Part shown: in pieces, positions 1 to 13,100 of the stretch
Layout: each line of letters begins with the position of its first letter
Position numbering within the stretch: the first letter of the stretch is position 1
Assembly (NCBI RefSeq): GCF_016433145.1
Contig: NC_058131.1
Location: 478,079,242-478,143,241, forward strand
Length of the DNA stretch: 64,000 bases
Origin: Gracilinanus agilis
Taxonomy: Eukaryota
Direction of reading: 5' to 3'
Made by a program: the position numbers and the translations under genes
The notes under the pieces: generated by a model
What the model was told of the DNA's origin: nothing
The model's input: only the letters and a program-made list of their open reading frames with translations
The model's database searches: none

Positions 1-229
1 GGCTGTCCAAAATAAGGAATGCATTTCATTTTAAATTAGTGAGACCTCACCTCAAGTTACTTAACAGAAGATTTGATGACTATGTTCACTCTTTCTGTAA
101 AGGATTCCTTTCCCTCTGCCAGTACAGGTTGGACTTGCTCTATGAGGCCCCTTTCAATTTTAGGAATCATAGATTAATAAGATCCTATGAGTATAGATTA
201 TCTCTCTAGAATTTGTCAATGAAGGGTTG

Positions 230-1260
230 GAGAGATAGACCTAAAGGAAGTAGAGAGTTGAGAGAAGATCTATTTAAGATAGCCAAGACATAAGTATGGT
301 TGTAGACAAAGAAAGGAGCCAGAAAAAAATGAATGATGAAGGGAACAGATATTGTTAATTTAACAGGTAAGATTCTAGAAAAGATAAAAAAATTTTGAGT
401 TGAAACATAAAAAATTTAGTCTTGGCAAAGAGGTGGCCCATCCTCAGAGACCAGAAAGAAGAAAGAATGAATAGTTAAAAGATAGTTATTGAAGTATTAA
501 GGACAAAAGCTGAGGGAATATATGAAGGATAGCATCAATTTTAAATGTAAAGTAGGAGGCAAGGTCATCTATGGAGAAAACGTGGAGTCTGAGTATAGGT
601 GAAACCTTGAGAGGAGTGAAGGAGGTTTGAAATAGTTGCTATGGTAAAAGGGAAAGAGAGCCAGTAAGAGAAGAACAAAAAGACTGCCATGCAACTATAG
701 CATCTATGTTGAGGACAGATATGTGAATATGTAATGGATCCCAGCCAGCAGGATTTTACGACCTCATCTAGCAGTAGTTGGTGAGTTTAGAAGTATAAAA
801 GATGAATGGTAAGGATCAGCAGGTGTGAGAATGGCAGAAGGACATTGGATATTTATATGACATAAACATATAAATATAGTTGGGGGAAAGGGGAAGAGAT
901 CAAGGTGAGAGGAGAGAATAGCATTGAAGTAGCTGACCACTCACCAGGTCAAGATTGCATAAAGAAGAAAGTGAAGTCTAAACAAAAGTGATGAACTAGG
1001 GGAGAAAGGAGTATCAGGAGACCGTGAGATCATAGAGGAGGTTTAGAATGGAATGAGAGAGGTGGAAAGAAAGAAACAGATCATGATTAGGTGCTCCAGG
1101 CCAAAGCTAGCTCCTATAAAATGAAATACAAATTTACTAGTAGAACTAAACATACTAGCTACAGTAACAGCTTCAAAATAGGCAGACTCTGGTACTTCTC
1201 TCTGGCAGAGACCTAGATCAAATGATTCTGTGTCACAAATATAGAATAATATCAAGAGTT
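230..1260 (-). mobile_element. L2 LINE fragment (representative; others at about 6140-7075+, 18420-19050-, 21000-23500-, 39700-40240+, 50760-51430-, 53860-54320-, 63000-63400-)
   Basis: Purine-rich reverse-strand L2 ORF2 pattern; L2 3' tails such as aataaatatttgttcattgaatgactgattgaa. Confidence 0.65.
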
Positions 1261-3588
1261 TGAATGAGTTTTTCCCAAGAACTAAGATCTGTCTCCTGAA
1301 TCATTCTGCTTTCTCTGTTTTTCATCTATTTCTAAATCCTGAAAACTGCTGGAGGTTCATGCCCCAAATCCCAAAACAAGCTTAAGGTCTATAGATTTAT
1401 GGTTTGTGGAAACGGATTTGAAAAATGGATAAAAGAAAATAGAACTATAATATATACTATCACATATTATTCTCACTTTATTTTCTGTGCATCTTTCTTT
1501 TTTCCCCAAATAAGAGCAAATACACTTCTCCCTTGTGTTCCATAGTGCCTTGGGCAAGGCATACAGTAGGTGCTCAATAAATATTGCTTGGTTTGCTGTT
1601 TGAAAATTTTTATCATAAAGATGGCAGTGTGATCTTGCTTTATACTAAGTAGGTCTGTGCCTGTGATCTACTGTTTGGCTTGTCTTCCTCATTAGAATGT
1701 AAGCTTCTTGCAAATAGGTACACTTTCATTCTTTGTACTTCTATCCACAGTGCCTAACAGTACCTGGTATATAGTGTGTTAACAAAATGTTTGTTGATTG
1801 ATTGACATCTGGGCCAGTTAGGTCATTTGATTAGAGCATAATACAAGAATACAAGTGTTGTCAGAGTGGTAAGTTGGGCTCCAAGTAGAACAATTATCTT
1901 TGCACAGGAACAAACCAAACAGTTACATGACCACATAACCTTAGTCAGCCTTCACAGAAGTAGTCCTTTCATGGCTTGCAAATGGAACTGAGGCAGAAGA
2001 GAACATGGAGATGATTGCATAGCACATAGCACCAAAGTTGAAAACAACTTATGGTGCACTGGACAGTCTTAGAATCACAGAATTTTGAACTAGAAGGGAC
2101 CTCAAAGATTATCTCATCCAGTAGTTTTCAATCTTTCTGAGCATGAAGGACCCTTCTTAACATAAAACCTTTTGTAGGTTCCCCTTCACTGGAACTATCA
2201 AAGAACAGAATTGCAATGCTTGATGATACAGAGTTGTGGCTCCCTTGAAATATCCACTGTACCATTCAGGTGCGTCAGGTTTCAAACCTGAATCTTCTGA
2301 CTCTAAAACCCAGATGCTNNNNNNNNNNNNNNNNNNNNNNNNNNNNNNNNNNNNNNNNNNNNNNNNNNNNNNNNNNNNNNNNNNNNNNNNNNNNNNNNNN
2401 NNNNNNNNNNNNNNNNNNNNNNNNNNNNNNNNNNNNNNNNNNNNNNNNNNNNNNNNNNNNNNNNNNGTTCCAAACTTTTTCCCTCTCTCTCTTTCCACCC
2501 TGCACTAGAAAAGTGCAACATTTGGCATAGAGATATATGTGAAACCATACAATACATAGTTCTATATCTCAGTTCTTTCTCTTGAAGTGGATAGCATATT
2601 CATTTATAGGTTCTTTGCAGTTGATCTGAAATATTCTCATAACACAGAATAGCTCAGTCATTCAATTAGTCTTCGAGCAATGTGGCTATAACTATACACA
2701 ATGTTCTTTTGTCTCTTGCTCATTTCACTCTTCATTATTTCATGCAAGTGTTTCCATGTTTTTTCTAAAATTGACCTGCCCACAATTTCTCAAAGTTCCT
2801 TTGTTGTATAGTTTATGCAATTTGGAGCTAAAGGCAGATGATATTTCAGTGAAGACCTATGTATCTCAGATCCCCTTTTCCCTAGCAGCAAAGCCTGAAT
2901 GCATTGTCTCCGGGAGAATAAAATGAAACCCAGTCTCTAAGTGAACATGCTCTGCTGAATCATGTGGCTTTTTTTAAATAAGCTTTTGAGCAAACCAAAT
3001 ATTTTAATCTAGTTTCAAAAGTTGTTTTAACTTTGTCTTTTAAAAACTATATTAGTGTGCCCTGGGGCAACATGTTGGAGGGCAGATGTTATTTGATAAC
3101 TTACATTAGATCTTCCCATATCAATGTGCCAATGAAATTGTATGTTTCTTTTAGATAATTTGCTCTTTAGTGGACTAGTTTCCAGATTTTCTAACCAGCA
3201 TAAATTATCCAAAAACATTCTCCTTTTCCACTTCTGCAAAGTACAACAATATGCCCTCCACACTCACGGAAGGGAAAGAACTTATTTGATCCTGACATTA
3301 ACTGCCAGAAGACTTTTCTCTATGGGTCAGAATAAAGTTGCAGATTTTGTATGTGTGTGTGCGTGGATGTGCAGATGTGTAAATGTATATATCTGACAAA
3401 ACATTTTTATCTTAAATATATTAATTGTTCAGAGAGTATTAATTAATGGGTCAATATCAAGCTACAGGGATATATTTAACAGCATATTCTGGACCTCTGT
3501 CCTTATTCCTTTTTTTATTTAACATTTCCATCAAAGTAGCATATTATATGACAGAAATCCAATGCTAAACATCCTCAGTAGACTAGAA

Positions 3589-3966
3589 TAGTGATGGTGA
3601 ACCCCTTAGAGATGGAGTGCCAGGCCCCACACCCACCCCACTCCCCAGACCAAGTGCCATGCCCATCCTTCTTAGAGACTGCATGCCATGCCCCTCCCCC
3701 CAGCTGAGTGCTGGGTGTGCCCTTACCCCCTTACCCCACACAGGGGAAGGAGAAAGTGCTCCCATTGGGCTGCTAGGCAGAAGGGCAGGTGATGTGAAAA
3801 AATGTTGTCAGGCATGGTGGAGAGGGAGGAGAGGAGTAGTTCTGCCCAAGTCCCTCTGCCTTTCTAGTAACAAATTCTAGGGGCAGGGGTGGGAGATGGC
3901 CACATGCCCACAGAGAGTACTCTGCATACCATCTTTAGCACCTGTGCCAAAGGTTTGCCACCACTG
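3589..3966. mobile_element. Non-autonomous hAT MITE (OposCharlie/hAT1-like TIRs)
   Basis: TIRs tagtgatggtgaacc and aggtttgccaccactg (decayed CAGTGATGGCGAACCT); 8-bp TSD gactagaa/ggctagaa. Confidence 0.8.
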
Positions 3967-4262
3967 GGCTAGAACAATGGGCTCAATCTAACCAAAAAAT
4001 GTCAAGTCCTACATATGGGTACAAATAATCAACTGTATACATGGAAGTCTTGATAACAACTCATGTGGGAAAAAATCTGGCATTTTAGTGAGCAGTAACC
4101 TTAATGCCATGATGAGGTAGCAAAAAAGAAATAAAAAGAAGCAAAATGAAAAGTGATCTCTTTTTTTGACAGGGACGATGGGATGCCAAACCTGCAATTT
4201 CATCAGTATGCAGAATGCCCAGTATGGAAACTTTGTCTAGCAATTCAGATTGGCAAGAGGGT

Positions 4263-4263
<1 letters not shown>

Positions 4264-4310
<47 letters not shown>
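4264..4310. repeat. (GA)n microsatellite
   Basis: Direct reading. Confidence 0.95.
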
Positions 4311-4313
<3 letters not shown>

Positions 4314-4479
4314 AACAGACAGACAAATGGACAGACAGACAGATGATAGATGTAATTATGGAGTATTGCCTAAGGTACTGAAAAGTTTAAATATACAGCT
4401 AGTATACGTCAGGTTCTGAATTTATACCTAGGTCTTCCTGACACTAAGGTTCAAGTCACATTTCTTTTCTTTTCCTTTT

Positions 4480-4676
4480 TTTAAACCCTTACCTTCTGTT
4501 TTAGAATTAATACTAAGTATCAGTTCCAAGGCAGAAGAGTGGTAAGGGCTAGTCAATTGGGGTTAAGCAATTTGTTCCACGGTTACACAGCAAGAAAGTG
4601 TCTGAGGCTAGCTGTGGACCCAGGTCTTCCCAACTCCAGACTTGGAGCTCTTCCTACTGAGCCACCTAGCTACCCC
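4480..4676 (-). mobile_element. SINE1_Mdo-type SINE
   Basis: ttttaaacccttaccttctg...gagccacctagctacccc. Confidence 0.85.
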
Positions 4677-4689
4677 ACATTGCTTTCCA

Positions 4690-5490
4690 TGCAATCTTAG
4701 ACAGTATTAACAGAAGTATGGTGTGTTATAATCCCACTGTATTCTGATATGGTCAGCTTACATCTCAAGGATTCTGTTAAGATCTTGGCACCACATTTTC
4801 AAGAGGAAATTGATAGAGCTGTGGTGTTCTCTGAAGAGAGCATTCAAGATGGTGAGAGGAAATGAAATCATGGCATGCAAGAATTAATTTCAAGAGAGGC
4901 GGGAAGACTGTGGGTATGGAACATAAGATAGCACCACACTTGATTGATGTGTTGGTTAGTTGTGCTGAAATGATTTTACTTTCTTTTTTCTTTTTAGCTA
5001 TTCTTTTACAAGGTTAGGCTTTCTGGGTGATAGAAAGGGAAGGATATATTGGCAAATGAAGATAATAAAAACAAAAGGCATTAATATATTTTGTAAAGAA
5101 AATAAAGGACAAACTGATAAGCCAAAAAAATTAATAAGTTGTTTCAAAGAACATAACTTGTTTATCCTGAAAAATAGAATTAGGAGAAAGAATCAGACTG
5201 CTCTCTTCAAGTATGAATAGGGGTAACATGTAAAAGCGAGAGTAAACTTCTTTTGATCTGTCCCAAAGAGCAAAAATGAGACATAATAGGTCAAAGTCAA
5301 AGAAAGACAGATTTCAGCTTGAGATAAGAAAAAGCTTCCTAACAAATTGGGGCCACATAAGAATGGAATGAGGGCCTTTGGAAAGTATCTTTATCATTGG
5401 AAGCTAGATGACCACTTGTCAACAAGGTTGTAAAAGGAATTTCTACTCAGGTATAACCTGGGTTACACAATCTCTGAGATCCCATCTATC
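4690..5490 (+). mobile_element. L3/CR1 3' fragments split by an L1-like insertion
   Basis: ataatcccactgtattctgatatggtcagc...; gatttcagcttgagataagaaaaagcttcctaacaa..., typical L3 3' end. Confidence 0.6.
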
Positions 5491-5565
5491 TCATGATTCT
5501 AGGAATATATATGTATATATTATATATGGGAGTATAATATATATACATATACATATTATCATATG

Positions 5566-5790
5566 CAGGCAGCTAGGTAGCACAATGGATAAAGCATGGA
5601 CCCAAAGTCAGGAAGACCTGAATTCATATCCAATCTCAAACACTCTAGCTGCGTACCCTTATACAAGTCATTTAATACTATTTGTCTCAATTTCCTCATT
5701 TATAAAATGAGCTGGAGAAGGAAATGGCAAACCACTCCAGTATCTTTGTTCAGAGAACCCCAAATGGGGTCATGAATAATCAGAAATGCC
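5566..5790 (+). mobile_element. MIR/MAR1 CORE-SINE (representative; others at about 6760-7020-, 13065-13320-, 21550-21820-, 22450-22690+, 24110-24340+, 31520-31765+, 36385-36630+, 41350-41600+, 42180-42365+, 49720-49945-, 52460-52710+, 52860-53090-, 60040-60280+, 62800-62960+)
   Basis: tRNA-like head, CORE (cctcagtttcctcatctgtaaaatg), and ggagaaggaaatggcaaaccactccagtatctttgccaagaaaacccc tail. Confidence 0.85.
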
Positions 5791-6374
5791 TGTAACAACT
5801 AAATAATAGCAACAATAAGTAGTATAACACCTGAATATTTACATATCATATCCTCTTAGGAGTTCGAAAGATATTATAGATACTATGTCATAATGAGAAG
5901 TAGAGAATATAGCTCTTAGATGATAGGGACCAAGTCATATATATCCTTGGATTTCCTACAGCTCCTAGCCCAGTCTTCTGTGCATAATAATTCACTTAAT
6001 GAGTATTTGTTGAATTTGCATAATACAAAATGTGCTACTATACATTTATGAATCATAGACTAAAATAAATTCTTTGGAAAAGAGTTAATTTTACATTCTG
6101 GTTTTAAGTGAAGAAGATAGAATAATCCCTGTTAAAATTATTATTAATGCTCTCTTTTTTTATTTTTGTTATCTCATTGCCCACTAACTCATGATCTCTC
6201 CTCATATCTCCTCCCATATTGTGAACCAACCAAATTTGTCTTTTCTCTTTTCCTCCCACAGAATATTCCACCTTACATTACCTTGCTTCTGCACACTCAT
6301 TGTACCACACGTCTTGGACAGATTTCCTCCTTACCTCTGACTCGATTCCTTTTCTTCCTTCAAGATAGAGTTCA

Positions 6375-6548
6375 AGAGCCAGGCCCAGAGATGGGAGGTC
6401 CTGTGTTCAAATCTGGCCTCAGACACTTCCTACCTGTTTGACTCAGGGCAAGTCACTTAACCCCTTTTGCCAGCCATTACCACTCTTCTGGCTTGGAACC
6501 AATACACAGTATTAATTCTTAGACAGACACTAAAGGTTTAAAAAAAAT
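6375..6548 (+). mobile_element. SINE1_Mdo-type SINE (5' truncated)
   Basis: gagccaggcccagagatgggagg...cttggaaccaatacacagtatt. Confidence 0.85.
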
Positions 6549-7102
6549 ATACCTCAAGAACCATCTTATGCATAAATGCTTTCCTGATCCTCTAAACTCC
6601 TAGAGTCCTCCTTTCCAAACTGCTTGGTATTTAAGTATTTTGTGCTTACTTTCTTTATATACACCTTGCTGTCCCCACATTAGACTACCGAGTTCCTTAG
6701 AAGAAGGGAATTTTTCACTAATTGTCTTCATCACTGGCTTATAACAGTGCTTGGCACATTTTTGTTGTTCAGGCCTTTTTCACTCTTAACCAACTTTTCA
6801 TGACCCCATTTGGGGTTTTCTTGGCAAAGATACTGGAGTAGTTTGCCATTTCCTTCTCTAGCTCATTTGAAAGATGAGGAACTAAGCCAAACAGGATTAA
6901 GTGACTTGTCCAGGGTCACACAGCCAATGTGTCTGAAGCCTGACTTAAATTCATAAAGATGAGTCTTCCTTATTCCAAGTCCAGTACTCTATCTACTGCA
7001 CTGCCTAGCAGCTCCCTGCCTCGTGTAGAGTACTTGCTTAATAAATATTTGTTCATTGAATGACTGATTGAATAGAAAGCCTCCTTTATGATACATAAGT
7101 CC

Positions 7103-7591
7103 AAATATCCCTTCCACATATGAATTTCCCCATTGAGGTTTCTATATATTGCAAGTTAACAAAAGAAATTAAATGGGAATTTTACAGGAGTTTTGCAAAA
7201 GCCACAGATGACACACAAAGGCCAACAGATGATATAGAAAAAGTTTAGAAATACAGAAGTGCATAATGTGTACATAGTATTGTATAATATCAACATATTT
7301 TATCTTTTTATGTCGATATATACAATTTGTTTTTTAAAGTTAAAAAAGTTACTTTGCAAAAATAACATGAAAGCCAGCAGATGACACACAAAAGCTAAAA
7401 ATGACCTACATATAGCCTATGATCAAATACTTAACCCAAATTTTAAAATAAGGTGCTGTAACACCCCATAAAAGAAAAAGAAAAAAAGTCAGACTTTTCT
7501 CATTGGAAGGAAAGGTCAAAAAATTATATGTGGATTTTCCAGATCTTAGGGGTACCAAGCCCTTAACCCTCACAATATGGAAGGGTTACTT
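7103..7591. mobile_element. Tc1/mariner (Tigger-like) MITE
   Basis: Imperfect TIRs aaatatcccttccacat and atatggaagggttactt; internal repeat cagatgacacacaaa twice. Confidence 0.55.
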
Positions 7592-7894
7592 ATTCATTTA
7601 AGCAAAACAAATTTAACTTATTGGCAATGTCTGAAAATATATCTCCTTTTGGATTTTAAGTACATCCATTCTCTCATCCATCTCAATCCATGTAGAAAAG
7701 CAAAAATTCCAAAGAACACATGATTAGAGCAATTTCATCACTGGCATTTGTTAATTGTTAAATTTAATTTAACAAAGTTGTTAAATTTAATATACATTTT
7801 CAAATTTTTTAACCACTTAATAATCTCATAGTTGTTTTTTTATAATGTCATTTTTGCTCTTTACATATTGAAATGTTCATGTTTAGGGACATCA

Positions 7895-8070
7895 TGTTTA
7901 GGTGATTCAATGCATAGAGAGCCAGGCCTGGAGTCAGGAGGTTCTGGATTCAAATTTGGCCTCAGAGAGTTCCTAGCTGTCTAACCTTGGGCTTACTTAC
8001 TTACCCCCAGTTCCCTAGCCCTTACCACTCTTTTGCCTTGGAACTAATATTTAGTATTTATTCTAAGGTG
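7895..8070 (+). mobile_element. SINE1_Mdo-type SINE
   Basis: aggtgattcaatgcatagagagccaggcc...cccttaccactcttttgccttggaac. Confidence 0.8.
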
Positions 8071-9769
8071 GAAGAAAGGAAAGAAAGAATTAGTTGAGTA
8101 CTGTGCTAAGTTTATCAATAACAAAATTATATCAATTAATCTTTACAACATCCCTGGGAAGGAGGTGAATTATTATCCTCTTTTCCCATTGAAGAAACTA
8201 AATCAGACTGAGGTGAAATGGCTTGCCTGGGGTCACATATAAATGCATGGTGTTTATGAATGTTCTTGAGTTCTTCCCCATGTGAAGCAATTCCTCAGCC
8301 TAGGACATGACTATTATCTTCCACAGGGTTTGAAAATTTAAGTCACCCGGATGATACTCTCTGTGATTTGGAGTTGGGGGTAGGATGAACAGGGACACTT
8401 GTGGATAAATTCTATCAATAATAATTTTTTTAATTAAGCAGTTGCACCAATACACTAGTATTAAAACAATATGCTCTATAATTTGGAGCAAGATTCAAAG
8501 AATTATAAAATTCTAGCTACTTCACAGTAACTGACTCAATTTAATTTCTGCTGATTAAAATATTATTAATTAAATAATCCAATTTCATTCACACAGAAAA
8601 AGAAAATTTAAGTCATTCAGATGATAATGTAAGTGTATCAGATCATATTTGAACTCAGTTCTTCCTAGCTCTGAGCTTAGCACTCCTTCCACTGCATCAC
8701 ATAACTGCCATTTGGGGAGATAGGAAACAAAGACCTTTTTGAACACGAAAAATAAGGCAGGGGTTGCTGGGGAAGGTGGGGGGTAGAATCCTACTTCAGA
8801 ATGTCCAATGAGGGAGAATTATGTCTAGAAGGTGGCCATTTGAACTCCATTCTCTCAGCTTCTCAGGGTTGCTGGCCCTAAGGCCAAGACAAGGACACAA
8901 AGGAGAGAGAGAGTGCAAAGAAACCTCAGTTGAAGAAAAAACAAGAATGCAGGATAGGAAGTGGGCCTAAACTAGCAAAGAGAAAGAGGGCACAAGGTAC
9001 AGCCTTTGACTGCTGAGCTGGCAGCAGTGGGAGGGGTGGGGGATGGAGATGCCCAGGGAGGGCGAGTCAATAACTGGCCTCAGCACCAGCGCTGCTCCAA
9101 AGATGCCCTTTCAGCACCAGCGGGCCAGCAGGACCACTGTGTTCACAGCAGGCTCTGGGAAGAGCAATGGGCTTCTCTGGCGTTGCAGTTTCAGGGGAGA
9201 AAGGGAGCACAGAGATGGAACGGAAGCAGCAGGGAGAGAAAAATTAAGTCAAGAAGCCTACACTGCAGCAGTCTATATAAACCCACCTGCCCAGGGCCCT
9301 GCAAACTCCAAGAGACTGCTCTGAGTCCATTTGACTTTCTTTCCTTAGGGCAAAACAGGTTGCTTGCATCTCCCTGCTGCTCTGCTTAAGAAAATAATCA
9401 GCATTTGTTATTTACTATGTGTCTAGACCCTCTCTTTGGTAGACTACAGATTAGCCATTTGGATTAATGCCTCCCTCCCCCACTTCCAAAGCCTGTGTAG
9501 AGCAGATTCCCAAAGCTAAGACCTTGTGACACTGCAGACCTGTCACAGCCAATTTATAACACGTGCCTACCTACCATTATAGAGGGGGAAGGATGGAGCC
9601 AATGCCCTGGCTCTCCCACAAACAGTAGGAGCTGCTAATGACTTTATATTAATGATGGAGGCAATTAACACACATGGAAAAGATGGACAGCAGCAGAATG
9701 AGCCATGGAGGAAATGATGAAAAGCTTTCAGAAGCCCCTCATGAGAAATGGTGTACAGAGGGAGAAAGG

Positions 9770-10110
9770 GAAAGTGGGGAAAGGGAGAAAGGAGGAGGGA
9801 AAATGACAGAGGGGAAGGGAGGGAAAGAGACAGTGATGGAAAGGGTCAGAAGGGGAAGGAGGAAAGGGAGAAGAAAGAAGGGAAGAGGAAGAGAGGGTAT
9901 GAAGCAGAGAAGGAAGAAGAAAGAAGAAAAGGGGAGGGAAGATAAGAGAGAGATGGCAGAAGAAGAAAGAGGGCAGGAGAGGGAGAGGAGAGAGGGATAA
10001 CAGGTAGAAGAGAAGAGGCAAGGTGGAGAGTGAAAGAGTTGGGGAGAGGTAGAGAGTAAGAGTAAAAAGGAGAGCAGAAAGAGGGAAGAGAGAAAAAGAT
10101 AAAGGGAAGG
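9770..10110. repeat. Purine-rich low-complexity tract
   Basis: G/A-rich; source of several spurious ORFs between 9674 and 10198. Confidence 0.9.
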
Positions 10111-13100
10111 AGACATTCCAAATGCTGTAAAGGATGGATCTATTAGGATTTTCCCAGAATACTGAAAGAAAGACCTCCTGAGAAGCTAAGACTTTCAAAG
10201 ATTAAGCTACTAGCCCATGGTCACAAGGTAGCATCTGAGGCAGGATCCAAACCTAACTCTCCAAGCCTAGTGTTCTTTCAACTTTGCTTTACTGTCCCCA
10301 TTCATTGGTAAATTTTCTAAGGATCAAATAGACCTGAGCATCATGGAATCCCAAGATAAAAAGAAACCAATGATGAGGGTGAGAGAAGGAAAGATAAGGG
10401 AGGCAAAATCCTTGAGAAGAGAGAAGTTGATGGGACCACAGACACAAGAAGCATTGGCTTTGGCAAGGAGAAATACCATCTTTAAGAAAACAGAAGCAAG
10501 GAAAGAGAAGAGATTTTGAGACCGCACTAAGGGAATAGGGAGAGCTCATGACAACTTGCCTCAATTTTCATTAGTAGAAAGAGAATTCACCAATTGAGGG
10601 GAGAAGGGGGTTACATTGATATCTTTCAGAGCTAGGAAAAGGATGGAACAGCAAACAATAGAGAGTGATGATGTGAATGTCAAGGGGGAAATAATGCTAC
10701 TAGCACATTTATAGAGCTATTTAAAGTTTGCAAAACTTTTCCCCCACAACTTCATAAAATACTACAGGTAGAATGATGCCCCTTTTGCAGATAATAAGAC
10801 TGAGGCTCTGAAAGGCTATATGACTTACTTGGGCTCTTGCATCAACTCTCCCCTGGCCTACTACAATAACCTTCTTAATCTCTTGGTATCTAAATTCTCT
10901 CAATTCTCCAACCTATTTTCCACATCATTTCCAATGGAATAACCTTCAAGTGAAGGTATCATAATATCATTCCTCTATTCAAGAAACTTCTGTAGTTTCC
11001 CTCTGTATTTGGAATGAAATACAAACTATTCTGTTTAGCATTTAAGTCTTTCATAATGTAGCTCAACTCAAATGTCTCCTTCGAGAGACCTTTTCTGGTT
11101 CTCTCAACTATTAATGCCACTTCCCCCACCCATCACTCTGACTTGATTTTACAATACCACCAGTAACTACGCAGTAACCCCCTAATAGACTGCAAGCTCC
11201 TTGAGGGCAAGTCATTAGCAAAACTGAGATTAATCAAAAACAATCTTCAAATGAGGGTGTGAGGAAGCATGAGTGGAAATATTGCTTGAGTTTTTGCCCA
11301 GGTGAAGAACTCCTTCATCCCATGATATAACAATTATCTTCCACATGGTTTGAAACCTTTGGTCAGTCTCCTGGAAGAACTGGTCTCCTCATCGGCAGAG
11401 GGGAAAAGGAGGAATAGAGAGAGTTGCAACCATGATGCAAGACACTGAATGGAAAATGCAAAATGGCCTGGAGATATGAGCAAGAATCAAGATGAGATTT
11501 CTTACAAAGACACATCCACCTAAGAAGAGGAAATGGTCTCTATTGAAAACAAGGGGTGGTTTTCTGCAAAGAGCGAGTTGCCAAGGGTTTCCAGCCAATA
11601 AGATCATGCCAGAAGCCAGTGCTTGAGAGAGGGAGGAAAATGCCTGTGCCCTTCTCAGATGTGAATGTGCAACCCAGAGGGGATCAGGTAAAGAGCTAAG
11701 GAGGATATTACTTTATTCTGCTCAGACCCTGCAGCCACTCAACCTGAAATACTGGGAGGAGCTATAGTTAAGCAAGGCTACACAAGAAACAGGAAATCAA
11801 AGAGCAAGGGAAGAAAATAATTCTAAGATTGATAGGATGAAAAGAGAACCTTGGAGGGGGAAAATATACTGATTTTAAAAAAGGCTTTGGAGTAGAAAGT
11901 GTTTGTGGAGGGGGCAGGGAGGAGAGGGGTTAGAAATAATAGCAATTTAATAAATACTTTCAAAATAATATAGTCACACTATGAGAAGGAAAGAAGCTGT
12001 GTCCCAGAAGGAAGATTCAGCCTTAGCCTCTTCTTGAACTAAACAGTGGGGGTGATTAGGACACAGAAGCCTCTCCCCAGGGAGAGGACAGAAGAATCAG
12101 CATTACAGATGTTCAGGAGAGGGGGAGATGGAGAAGTAGGAAGAACAAGTGGGAAAGGCAGGAGAAGTCCATCAGACTTTTTTCCACCAAAGATATGGCC
12201 CTTTTGACAGAAGAATTCCTGTCCCCAGAAAGAGAGTAAGAAAAATGGAGAAAGGGGAGGTTCTCCGTGTTAAGGTCACACAAAGAATTGTTCTCCAGGC
12301 ACAGGAGGAACATACAAGAACAAATTTTTACCTAGAGACAAATGTTAATTATTCCAAATCTCGTTTTAGGCTGAAAGTTGGGGGCAGTCAATCAATCTTT
12401 CTTATATTTTGATTCTAAATCTGAAATTTAGCAACTGAAATTCATACAGAGCAATTAAATACGAAGTAAGAAGAGTAGTAACTTGGGTGAAAGGGATACT
12501 CATATATAAAAGCTCTGATCTTTTTAAAACTGTTACATTGCATATTTTCACATTAATTCCCACCAAACTAAGAGAATGAACAGGAAAACACTTGGCCAAG
12601 CTTCTAAAGCATTTATTTCTCCTATCTCTTGGGAAAGCAGTGTGGTACAGGGAAAAGAGAACTGAATTTGGAGTTAGAGGACCCCTGCCACTCATTTACT
12701 TATGTGACCTTCAGCAAGTCCTTTAATAATAACAATCAACATTTATATAGCTCCTTCTAGGTGTGGGGCACTGTGCTAAGTACTTTACAATTATTTTCTT
12801 ATTTGAGCCTCATAACAACTTTGGGAGGAAAGTGCTATTTTGATATATATATAAATATAGTATAAATATTATATGTATAAAATATTTATATTTAAAATAT
12901 ATTATTTTATATAATAAATAAATATAAATACAAAATATTGCTATTTTATATTTGAGGAGACTGAGGCAAATAGAAATTAAGTGACTTGCCCAGGCTTCAT
13001 TTGAACTCAGAGATTCTTGACTCCAGTCCTGGCACTCTGTCCATTATAGTACATCTTTGTTTTTGTTGTTGTTGAGTCATATCTGACTCTTTGTGACCCC

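Noticed and set aside
9674-10198. Overlapping ORFs of 65-156 aa
   Set aside because: They arise from the purine-rich low-complexity tract.
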